Origin: Dehalococcoidia bacterium
Lineage (GTDB): Bacteria > Chloroflexota > Dehalococcoidia > Lucifugimonadales > Australimonadaceae
Assembly (NCBI GenBank): GCA_034428375.1
Contig: DAOUHT010000116.1
Coordinates: 1 to 52,970 of the forward strand
Length of the DNA stretch: 52,970 nucleotides
Direction: 5' to 3'
Both the position numbers and the translations under genes were made by a program. The notes beneath the pieces are model-generated. The model made no database searches, had not been told where the DNA came from, and was given only the letters and a program-made list of their open reading frames with translations. Within the stretch, counting starts at the first letter, position 1. Every line of letters starts with the position of its first letter. Below, piece by piece: positions 18,472 through 26,612 of the stretch.

Positions 18472-19695
18472 TTGCGCGTCGCCTACGTGTCCGCTCATGG
18501 CTGCCCGCTTGCTGCCCCCGGCGCGGGTTCGGCGGGCGGGATGAGCGTCTTCCTGCGCAGCATGATGCAGGCACTCGCCCGCGCAGGCGTGCAGGTGGAC
18601 GTCTACGCCGCTTCCCACGGGCTATGCCCGCCCCCCTCCGAGTCGGAACCACCGCGTCTGACGCACGTCAGCACCGAAGGCGCGCCGGACTTCGCAGGCG
18701 ATCTGCTCTCCGCCGTCAGGGCATCCGGCGCGGACTACGACCTTGTCCATAGCCACTACTGGACATCGGCGGAGCCGGGCCTGCAGCTTGCGGAGGAGAT
18801 CGGCGTCCCGCACGTCTTCACCGGACACACCATCGCAGCCATCAAGGAGCGAGCGGGCGGCACGCCTGAGCCGGATGCCCGCAAGGTCGCAGAGGATGCA
18901 GCCGTTCGTCATTCCCACGCCGTCGTGACGTTCACGGAAGAAGAATCTGCGGCGCTCTCCGAACTGTTCGGGCTTGCGCCGGAACGTGCATACGCCGTGC
19001 CGATGGGCGTGGACCTGGGGCTGTTCAGACCGCGGTCCCGCCTTGAGGCGCGAGCGGCGCTTGGCATCGGTCGGGGCGAGCGAGTGCCGCTCTCCGTGGG
19101 GCGTATCGAGCCGTTCAAGGGCACGGACGTGCTGGTGCGGGCGGTCGCGCTCCTGCGTGAGCGCGCTCGAGTACTCATCGTCGGCGGCAGAGAGGACGAA
19201 CCGGGAGTCGCCTGGCTGCGGAACGAGGCGCGCATGAATGGCGTGAGCAATCTGTTCGACTGGCGCGCCGCCGTCCCGCAGAGTGACCTGCCCGCGTACT
19301 ACGTAGCAGCCGACGTGTGCGTGGTGCCGTCGCTGCACGAGCTGTTTGGACTCGTCGCGTTGGAGGCGATGGCCTGCGGCATACCGGTGGTGGCGTCTGA
19401 CGCAGGCGGTCTGCGCGAACTCGTGCGCCACGGGGAGACGGGGCTCCTTTGCAAGCCCGGCGACGCTGCCGCGCTCGCGGAAGCACTTGACGCCTTGCTG
19501 AGCGACGTCTCGCTTGCCCAGCGCATGGGTGCGGCTGGCGCGGTGCGGGCGCAGCACTTCGCGTGGGACGCGTCCGCTGTACGCCTCGCGGCGGTCTATG
19601 AGCAGGTGGCGTTGGTGGGTAAGGGCGCGGCTCAGGTCAACCGAAGCTCGTACCAGAACGAGCGCCAGTCCAGCACGAAGCCGAGGCTCTCGTAG
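18472..19695 (+). CDS. GT4 glycosyltransferase, MshA-like
   Basis: HGCPLAAPGAGSAGGMSVF, HSHYW, HTIAAIK, GRIEPFKG, VPSLHELFGLVALEAMACG; TTG 18472 is 8 nt after GGAGG. Confidence 0.85.
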   Translation: MRVAYVSAHGCPLAAPGAGSAGGMSVFLRSMMQALARAGVQVDVYAASHGLCPPPSESEPPRLTHVSTEGAPDFAGDLLSAVRASGADYDLVHSHYWTSAEPGLQLAEEIGVPHVFTGHTIAAIKERAGGTPEPDARKVAEDAAVRHSHAVVTFTEEESAALSELFGLAPERAYAVPMGVDLGLFRPRSRLEARAALGIGRGERVPLSVGRIEPFKGTDVLVRAVALLRERARVLIVGGREDEPGVAWLRNEARMNGVSNLFDWRAAVPQSDLPAYYVAADVCVVPSLHELFGLVALEAMACGIPVVASDAGGLRELVRHGETGLLCKPGDAAALAEALDALLSDVSLAQRMGAAGAVRAQHFAWDASAVRLAAVYEQVALVGKGAAQVNRSSYQNERQSSTKPRLS

Positions 19696-20531
19696 ACGCG
19701 GATGGCGGGCGGGTTCTCGCTGTCGACCGTGATCTCCAGGCTGAGGGAACCGAGTTCCAACAGTGCGTCCATCCCCGCGCTGGTCACCGCACGACCCAGC
19801 CCCTTCCCCTGCCGACCGGGCAGGACGCCCACCATGCCGACGATGCCCGGCCCATCCTCGGCCTCGCGGTGACACCAGCAGTAACCGACGAGGGTGTCAC
19901 CCTCCTCCAACAATACGACGGGGTCCGGGCGCAGGTCCGGCAGCTCGAAGATGCGATACGCGACCTCCTCAGGTGTGTTGGGCGCGTAACCCCAACTGCC
20001 GGTGAACGCGGTGTTCTGCACGTTCGTGACTGCCGGGGCGTCGGCGGGTTCGGCGTGGCGGAGTGTCATGCCGTCCGGTACGGGGACGTTCGTCCCTTCC
20101 GTTCCTTCGCGCCGCAGGTGGAGGTGCGTGCGGATGTGCGCCCAACCCCGTTCCGCGAACGCTTTCCGGCGCCCCTCGTCGGACTCCGGCACGTCCACCT
20201 GCAGCACGTCCAGCCCTGCTGCGCGTCCGCGCTCGTACACCTCCCGCAGCAGCGCGTCACCCGCGCCGCCGCCCCGGTGCTGGTTGCTGCCGTTCATCTC
20301 CACTACACCCCGCGCGATGGCGGGCTCGCGAATGAGGCAGGCGAAGCCCCCGGGTGTGCCGTCGTCGTTGAACGCAAGCATGCAGTCGCGCCCGCCGTCG
20401 ATGTTGGGCTGTGCCAGCCAGCGTGCTAGTGCTGCCGCTTCCACGGGAGACGGCGGGTGCCCGACCCGGAGGGCGGCGAGCGTCTCCAGATCGTCGGGAG
20501 TGTAGGAGCGTATGGTCGGGGGATTCGGCAT
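19632..20531 (-). CDS. Tandem-GNAT acetyltransferase, MshD-like
   Basis: Two GNAT domains; QNTAFTGSW, LVGYCWC, VGVLPGRQGKGLGR, LTVD-like EITVDSENPPAIRVYESLGF. Confidence 0.75.
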   Translation of the reverse strand: MPNPPTIRSYTPDDLETLAALRVGHPPSPVEAAALARWLAQPNIDGGRDCMLAFNDDGTPGGFACLIREPAIARGVVEMNGSNQHRGGGAGDALLREVYERGRAAGLDVLQVDVPESDEGRRKAFAERGWAHIRTHLHLRREGTEGTNVPVPDGMTLRHAEPADAPAVTNVQNTAFTGSWGYAPNTPEEVAYRIFELPDLRPDPVVLLEEGDTLVGYCWCHREAEDGPGIVGMVGVLPGRQGKGLGRAVTSAGMDALLELGSLSLEITVDSENPPAIRVYESLGFVLDWRSFWYELRLT

Positions 20532-20588
20532 GAGCGCGGCGGAACGCGTATCATCTTACCAGACCCCCAATCGATTCCACGGAGACGC

Positions 20589-21308
20589 ATGGAGACGATC
20601 GACACTCCTGAACGAGCCGTGCTCGTGATACCGCACCCCGACGACGGCGAGTCCGGCCCTGGAGGCAGCGTTGCGAAATGGTCGCGCGACGGCAGCCGCA
20701 TCCTCTACGTCATTTGCACGAACGGCGACAAAGGCACGTCCGACCCTGAGATGACGAGTGAGCGCCTCGCAGCGATACGCGAGGAAGAGCAACTCAAGGC
20801 GGCTTCGGCAGCAGGCGCGGAGGACGTGGTCTTCCTCCGCTACGGCGACGGCGAACTGGAGGACACGCGCGAGTTCCGTGGACGGCTCGTGGAGCAGATC
20901 CGTCGGTGGAAGCCCGACGTGGTGCTGGCGACGGATCCGGTGCGGAATGAAGGGCATGGCCACCGTGACCACCGCATCTCAGGCCGGGTGGCAATGGACG
21001 CCTGCTTCCCCTACGCGCGCGACCGTCTGCACTACCCGGAGCACCTCGTGTGGGGCTTGGAGCCGCACAAGGTCGGCTCTGTCCTCCTCTGGGGCTCAGA
21101 GAGACCGGACGTGGTCGTGGACATCGCGGACTCCATCGAGACCAAGATGCAGGCGCTTGCCGCCCACGAGAGCCAGCTCTCCTCGGACATGGCCCGCATC
21201 GAGGGGTTCGTGAAGCGCCGGGCCGAGGCCGCCGCCGAACGTGCTGCGGAGCACGGCTACGACCTCACCTACGCGGAACTGTTCCGGCGCATCAACTTCC
21301 GTCGCTAG
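20589..21308 (+). CDS. PIG-L family Zn deacetylase/amidase (MshB/Mca/BshB superfamily)
   Basis: PHPDDGES, TNGDKG, REEEQLKAA, YGDGEL, HRDHR; SD GGAG before ATG 20589. Confidence 0.88.
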   Translation: METIDTPERAVLVIPHPDDGESGPGGSVAKWSRDGSRILYVICTNGDKGTSDPEMTSERLAAIREEEQLKAASAAGAEDVVFLRYGDGELEDTREFRGRLVEQIRRWKPDVVLATDPVRNEGHGHRDHRISGRVAMDACFPYARDRLHYPEHLVWGLEPHKVGSVLLWGSERPDVVVDIADSIETKMQALAAHESQLSSDMARIEGFVKRRAEAAAERAAEHGYDLTYAELFRRINFRR

Positions 21309-21342
21309 AAGTACCTGCGTATCTGGTACATTTTGTGCCAGT

Positions 21343-21732
21343 ATGGACTGGCGCAGCACCTATCGCATCGCCCTCAGCCTCATCGCGCTCCTCACCTTCG
21401 CAGGCGCCGCTTGGTTCGTTGTCGCGCCGGAGCCCAGTCCCGGTGTCGAGGTTACACGGCCCACACCCGCGGCTAACGTCCCTGCGTTGCCGGACACGTC
21501 CGATGCTGACGCATCCCCGACCAGAGAGGCGCCGCTCTCGGTGAACCTCAATACTGCCTCGCTGGAGGAGTTGGTGGAGCTTCCCGGCATCGGTGAGACG
21601 CTTGCAGGGCGCATCGTCGCGTACCGCAAGGAGAACGGTCCCTTCATCCGCATCGACCAGATCATGGCGGTCTCCGGCATCGGCCCCGGCACCTATGAGA
21701 AGCTGCGCGGTTACGTCCGTGTGCGTGAATAA
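21343..21732 (+). CDS. ComEA-like membrane-anchored helix-hairpin-helix DNA-binding protein
   Basis: N-terminal TM helix; VNLNTASLEELVELPGIGETLAGRIVAYR...VSGIGP. Confidence 0.88.
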   Translation: MDWRSTYRIALSLIALLTFAGAAWFVVAPEPSPGVEVTRPTPAANVPALPDTSDADASPTREAPLSVNLNTASLEELVELPGIGETLAGRIVAYRKENGPFIRIDQIMAVSGIGPGTYEKLRGYVRVRE

Positions 21733-21749
21733 GCCGCGCGCTTGTCTCG

Positions 21750-21778
21750 TTGACCCTGTGTGAACCCGCCCGTATGCT
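21750..21778 (+). promoter_or_regulatory. sigma70 promoter of the downstream membrane-protein gene
   Basis: TTGACC (21750-21755), 17 nt, TATGCT (21773-21778). Confidence 0.6.
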
Positions 21779-21787
21779 AGCTCCTCA

Positions 21788-22531
21788 ATGGTGGATTTCT
21801 CCGCAAACGCTGCCCCCCAGGTACCGCTCATGCAGGGCGAGACCATTGAGGTCGTATTCGATGCCCAGGGTGGACTCGTCGCCGAGCCGGCCCCGCGCAC
21901 TGACGCGCTCGTCGTTACGAATGAACGCGTGGTACGTGACGGTGTCGCCGACGGCGCCCGCGTCGTGAGCATGTTCCCGCTCCGCGAACTCGCCGCCATG
22001 GAAGTCGCCGACAACGGACGCTCGTTCGAGAAGCTGGGCCAGGGCATCGTGCTGGTCGCTGCCGGCCTGATCCTTGGAGGCCTGAGCTGGTTCATCCTTG
22101 AGATACAGGTGCTCTCGGTCATCCTGGGCGGGCTGCCCATCCTTGCAGGCATCTACACGCTGACCGGCTGGGCGTTCCCGGACAACGCGGGGTCCCTGCA
22201 ACTGTACGCACCGGGCCATGCCATCGCCCTGCCTCTGCAGTCAGCGGCCGCGCGCGAGTCCGTCTACACTGCGATGCAGCGCATCTACGAACTGCGGTGG
22301 GGCAGCCAGCCTGAGCCGCGGACCGAGGCGCCCACGCAGATGTTCGCACCGCCTCCTGAGCCTGAAGCGGCGACGGCTACTGCCGAACCTGAAACCGAAG
22401 CGGAAGCAGGTGAGCCGGAAGAGATGGAGGACGCGATCGGCAGGCTCGTCGACGAGGCGGACGCGAGCGTAGGGTCCCCACCCCCCGAAGAGCCTCGTTC
22501 GAGCTTCTGGGACATCTTCCGCCGCAAGTAG
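21788..22531 (+). CDS. Hypothetical membrane protein (two TM helices, possible bacterial PH-like domain, acidic tail)
   Basis: Hydrophobic hairpin at about aa 83-130; LVVTNERVV motif; strong promoter directly upstream. Confidence 0.65.
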   Translation: MVDFSANAAPQVPLMQGETIEVVFDAQGGLVAEPAPRTDALVVTNERVVRDGVADGARVVSMFPLRELAAMEVADNGRSFEKLGQGIVLVAAGLILGGLSWFILEIQVLSVILGGLPILAGIYTLTGWAFPDNAGSLQLYAPGHAIALPLQSAAARESVYTAMQRIYELRWGSQPEPRTEAPTQMFAPPPEPEAATATAEPETEAEAGEPEEMEDAIGRLVDEADASVGSPPPEEPRSSFWDIFRRK

Positions 22532-22543
22532 CGCGGCAGGTCC

Positions 22544-23557
22544 TCACTGCTCCCGTTCTACGGTCATCCAGGCCAGCGGCCCCGGCCCCACTTGCATTTC
22601 CCCGTCTCTCCCCAGCGATAGCCGACCACCCCTGGCCACGACGTGAGCGGCCTGTGCGAGCTTCTGGTGTCCGAGCGTCGCACCGTCACCGTGCAGCGAG
22701 CGCCATGCGCGCTCCAGCACGCGTGGCAACAGCGCGGGCGGCAGCGCCCGCAATGCGCTCTTCGGCCATGACACCGACGCCCCGGAACGCTCCTCGACCT
22801 CGCTCACAGCGCCGGCGGCAAGCTGGTCGAGCAGCGCGTCGTCATCTGCGGCGCGTTCAGCGAAACCTGCTAACGCTGCGCGGACGTGCGGGTTGAGCTC
22901 TGTGAGTTCGCGCAGCACGCGCAGCCGGACGCGATTGCGGGCATAGCGGAGCGAGCGGTTCGTCGCGTCGTGTGCAGGCCGGATGCCTGCCTCCGCGCAG
23001 ACGGACTCTGTGTCGGCGCGGGTAACGTGCAGCAGCGGGCGCAGCAGCGTCAGCGTCTGACCGTCCACGCTGCGCTCGGAGCATTCGCGTATCGCGCCTG
23101 CGCCACGCAGTCCGCTTCCCCGCGTCAGGCGCAGTAGCACCGTTTCGGCCTGGTCGTCCTGCGTGTGAGCGGTGAGGATGGCCACCGCGTCGTGTTCGGC
23201 GCCAGCTCCGGCGAGGAAACGGTAGCGGGCGTCGCGCGCTCCGGCCTCATTCGACGGCGACTGTGCCGCGCCCGACGTGAACGGCATACCGAGCGACTCG
23301 GCAGCCCGCCGAACAGATGCGCGCTCGCGGCGGTCCGCGGTGGGACGCAGCCCGTGAGAGAAGTGCGCGGCGACCATGCGACGCCGTGTCCGTGTGCCGA
23401 TCTCGGCGCACGCGAGCAGCATCGCCATCGAGTCTGCACCGCCTGACACCGCGAGGAGCAGCGCTCCGTCGCCCAGACGCTCGCGATGGCGGGCGAGCGC
23501 GCGGCGCATCGCCATCGCCACCCGCCGCGTTGCGTTCCGTGAGCCGGAGGCCGTCAT
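22544..23557 (-). CDS. tilS: tRNA(Ile)-lysidine synthetase (short form)
   Basis: AVSGGADS PP-loop, EAGARDARY, TAHTQDDQAETVLLRLTRGSG, RPLL, DATN, RNRVR. Confidence 0.92.
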   Translation of the reverse strand: MTASGSRNATRRVAMAMRRALARHRERLGDGALLLAVSGGADSMAMLLACAEIGTRTRRRMVAAHFSHGLRPTADRRERASVRRAAESLGMPFTSGAAQSPSNEAGARDARYRFLAGAGAEHDAVAILTAHTQDDQAETVLLRLTRGSGLRGAGAIRECSERSVDGQTLTLLRPLLHVTRADTESVCAEAGIRPAHDATNRSLRYARNRVRLRVLRELTELNPHVRAALAGFAERAADDDALLDQLAAGAVSEVEERSGASVSWPKSALRALPPALLPRVLERAWRSLHGDGATLGHQKLAQAAHVVARGGRLSLGRDGEMQVGPGPLAWMTVEREQ

Positions 23558-24834
23558 TCCTCTTCCGGGTCGGGGTCACGCGTGACGCGCACGCGTCCGA
23601 TGCGGACGCCCCGCATCTCCAGCACCGCGAAGTGCAGGTTCGCGAATCCAACCTCCGCCCCCACCTCCGGTATGCTGCCCATCTGCTCCAGCAGGAAGCC
23701 CGCGACGGTCTCGTACTCGCCGCTGGGCAGGTTCAGCGATAGTTGCTCATTGGCGTCCGCGATGGAGAGCCCGCCGTCCAGGTAGGCGGTGCCGTCTTCC
23801 AGCACCTCTATCTGCGGCACGTTGCCTTCTGCATCTTCGCCTTCCTCGACCTTGCCCACGATTGACTCGACGAGTCGCTTGAACGTGACGAGCCCCGCCA
23901 CGCCGCCGTACTCATCGGCCACCATCACGATGGGGTCGCCGTTGGAGCGCATCTCGTCGAACAGGTCGTCCAGGCTCTTGGTCTCAGGAACGAAGCGGGG
24001 AGAGCGCGACTCCAAGGGGGCAGGGGAATCCGCCTCGGCTCCACCTGCCAGGGCGCGCATCACATCCTTGACGCTGACCGTGCCTACGACGTCGTCGAGC
24101 TGGTCACTCACCACGGGGAAGCGGGTGTGGTAGTTGTTGCTGTAGAGGTCCTGGAAATCGCGGATGGTCGCGCCGACCTTCAGCGCGATGATCTCCGGAC
24201 GTGGAGTCATCAGCTCGCTGACGCGTCGATCGCCGAAGTCCAGCACGCGGCGGATGATGTCAGCGTCGCCCTGTTCCACAGTGCCCGACTCGCTGCCGAC
24301 CTCCACCATCGCCTTAATCTCCTCCTCAGTGATGAGGTGGGAGAGCGACCCGCCGCCGAAGAGCTTGGCAATCGTCATGCTGATCGTCTGCAGGATTATC
24401 GAGACGGGCTTGAGCACCCATCCGATGCCCTGGATGACGGGCGCAACGATGATGGAAGTGCGCTCCGCGTGTCTTGCGGCCACCGTCTTGGGGATGGTTT
24501 CGCCGAATACCAGCAGCACGATGGTCACGGCAGCGGTGGCAGTTGCGACAGCGAGGTTCTCGTCAACGATGAGCAGCAGCATGATGCTTGTGGCGATGGC
24601 CGCTGCGCCGGTGTTCACGAGGTTGTTGCCGAGCAGGATGGGCGGCAGCAGGCGCTCCGGGTGCTCGATCATGCGTTCGACGCGGGCGGCTCCTGCCGTT
24701 TTGTCGGTGACCAGGCGGCGCAGGCGTACTCGCTGCACGGAGAGCAGCGCCGCCTCCGAACCTGAGAAGAATGCCGAAAACAAAAGAAACACCGCCAGCA
24801 GCATCAGGCTGGCGGCGCTAACGTCGCTCCACAT
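23554..24834 (-). CDS. CNNM/CorB-type hemolysin-family protein (DUF21 + 2 CBS + CorC_HlyC)
   Basis: SAFFSGSEAALLS, ILLGNNLVN, FGETIPKT, MTPR, HTRFPV, DEYGGVAGLVT, YETVAGF. Confidence 0.92.
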   Translation of the reverse strand: MWSDVSAASLMLLAVFLLFSAFFSGSEAALLSVQRVRLRRLVTDKTAGAARVERMIEHPERLLPPILLGNNLVNTGAAAIATSIMLLLIVDENLAVATATAAVTIVLLVFGETIPKTVAARHAERTSIIVAPVIQGIGWVLKPVSIILQTISMTIAKLFGGGSLSHLITEEEIKAMVEVGSESGTVEQGDADIIRRVLDFGDRRVSELMTPRPEIIALKVGATIRDFQDLYSNNYHTRFPVVSDQLDDVVGTVSVKDVMRALAGGAEADSPAPLESRSPRFVPETKSLDDLFDEMRSNGDPIVMVADEYGGVAGLVTFKRLVESIVGKVEEGEDAEGNVPQIEVLEDGTAYLDGGLSIADANEQLSLNLPSGEYETVAGFLLEQMGSIPEVGAEVGFANLHFAVLEMRGVRIGRVRVTRDPDPEEE

Positions 24835-24937
24835 CGTGGGTAACCTCTCTCCGTCGCGGGATTGTTGTTCCGCCACGGTACGTATCTGTCATGGCGAGGA
24901 TGGTAGCATAAGGCGAGGCGCGCAGCCTGCTGCTGAC

Positions 24938-25957
24938 ATGCTCATCCTTGGTATCGAAAGCTCCTGCGACGAAACCGCCGCCGCCGTGGTGGAGGACGGT
25001 CGCCGCGTGCTGTCCGATACCGTCTCGTCGCAGGTTGCGCTCCACGCGCGCTATGGTGGCATCGTGCCGGAGGTGGCGTCGCGCCAGCACCTGCTGCAGA
25101 TAATTCCGGTCATAGAGGGGGCGCTGAGCGCGGCCGAAGTGAGCCTCGATGACGTCGGTGCCGTCGCCGTCACGTACGGGCCCGGCCTCGCGGGCGCGCT
25201 GATGGTGGGGGTCAACGCAGCGAAGGCGCTCGCTTTCGCCCGCGGCCTCCCGCTCGTGGGCGTCCATCACCTGGAGGGACACACCTACGCCGCGTGGCTT
25301 GAGTACGACGACCCCGCCACGGACCCGGGCTTCCCGCTTATCGTGCTCATCGCGTCCGGCGCGCACACCGACCTCATCCTCATGCGCGGCCACGGCGACT
25401 ACGAACTGCTGGGCCGCACCCGCGATGACGCCTCGGGCGAGGCGTTCGACAAGGCAGCGCGGCTCCTGGGACTCGGCTTCCCCGGCGGCCCTGTGGTGCA
25501 GCGTACCGCTGAGGGCGTGACACCGAGCTTCCAACTGCCCCGCGCGTGGCTCAGAGGCACACTGGACTTCAGCTTCTCCGGCCTGAAGACGGCGCTGCTG
25601 CACAAGGCGCAGGAACTGGGCGTCTACCCCGCGCCGGCAGAAGGCCCCGACCAGGAGTTTGTCGCGGAACTCGCGGCGGCGTTCCAGGAGTCGGTGGTGG
25701 ACGTCATCTCCGCGAAGGCTGCAGAGGCCGTACGCCTCCATGGCGCGAAGGGGTTGGTGCTCGGTGGTGGCGTCTCCGCGAACGGCCCTCTGCGGCAGGC
25801 ATGCCGGGACCGGGTGGACGTGCCCGTGCTCATCCCCGCTCCGCGCCTCTGCACGGACAACGGCTCCATGATCGCCGCAGCGGGCTACTACCGACACATC
25901 AGAGGGACATCGCACGGACTCGACCTCGACGTCGCGCCGAGCCTTGCCCTGGCATGA
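24938..25957 (+). CDS. tsaD: tRNA N6-adenosine threonylcarbamoyltransferase
   Basis: LGIESSCDETAAAV, GGIVPEVASRQH, GPGL, HHLEGH, DDASGEAFDK, FSFSGLKT, CTDNGSMIA. Confidence 0.97.
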   Translation: MLILGIESSCDETAAAVVEDGRRVLSDTVSSQVALHARYGGIVPEVASRQHLLQIIPVIEGALSAAEVSLDDVGAVAVTYGPGLAGALMVGVNAAKALAFARGLPLVGVHHLEGHTYAAWLEYDDPATDPGFPLIVLIASGAHTDLILMRGHGDYELLGRTRDDASGEAFDKAARLLGLGFPGGPVVQRTAEGVTPSFQLPRAWLRGTLDFSFSGLKTALLHKAQELGVYPAPAEGPDQEFVAELAAAFQESVVDVISAKAAEAVRLHGAKGLVLGGGVSANGPLRQACRDRVDVPVLIPAPRLCTDNGSMIAAAGYYRHIRGTSHGLDLDVAPSLALA

Positions 25958-25969
25958 GGGACTGAACGC

Positions 25970-26605
25970 ATGTACGTCGGACGCATCGTCGCAGCGGGCA
26001 GAACGCGGAGCGGCTACAACGCCGTGGCCTATCGCGTCTCCAGCCGCTCCTTCCCGAACCGCATGGCCGTGGACCGCGAAGGCACGATGATCATCGTGCC
26101 GCGCCCCGGATTTGAGAGTGACCTCCAGCAGAGCCCATACATCTCCTACAATGCGCTCCGCCTGGCGGGCGACTGGGCCATCGCCACCAACGGTTCCCAC
26201 ACCGACCCCATCACCGAGAAGGTGAACGCGGGCCTTCCCATGCGCGACGCCATGGCGCTGACGCTGCTTGCAATGGACTATGAGCACGACGCCTACGACA
26301 CGCCGCGCATCGCCGCGGCGGTTCCCCTGCGCGGCGACACCGGCTGGATGGCCGTCGTCCGGCGCGACGGGCTGGTCGTGCGGGAAGTACCGCTGGAAGC
26401 CGGCGTCGCCCGTTACGTCGCGACCTACGAAACGAACGACGTTCGAGACGACCAGTCGAGCGAGTTCGACGCGTCCACGGCAGCGGAAGCCGCGCTGTTC
26501 ACGGTGACAGGCGGCGCATTCGCGGAGTTCAAGAAGCCGGTGACGAGCGTCGCGGCGCTGGCGAACGACGCGGGCTTCGCCCTGGGCGTCCACGTGGTGG
26601 AGTAG
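25970..26605 (+). CDS. purO: Archaeal-type IMP cyclohydrolase (PurO family)
   Basis: MYVGRI, YRVSSRSFPNR, PYISYN, TNGSHTD, MDYEHDAYDTPRIAA match the PurO signature blocks as I recall them. Confidence 0.85.
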   Translation: MYVGRIVAAGRTRSGYNAVAYRVSSRSFPNRMAVDREGTMIIVPRPGFESDLQQSPYISYNALRLAGDWAIATNGSHTDPITEKVNAGLPMRDAMALTLLAMDYEHDAYDTPRIAAAVPLRGDTGWMAVVRRDGLVVREVPLEAGVARYVATYETNDVRDDQSSEFDASTAAEAALFTVTGGAFAEFKKPVTSVAALANDAGFALGVHVVE

Positions 26606-26612
26606 AGAGGCC

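Noticed and set aside
22544-23557. TilS truncation as a pseudogene
   Set aside because: All catalytic N-terminal motifs are intact, and short TilS proteins lacking the C-terminal domain are known.
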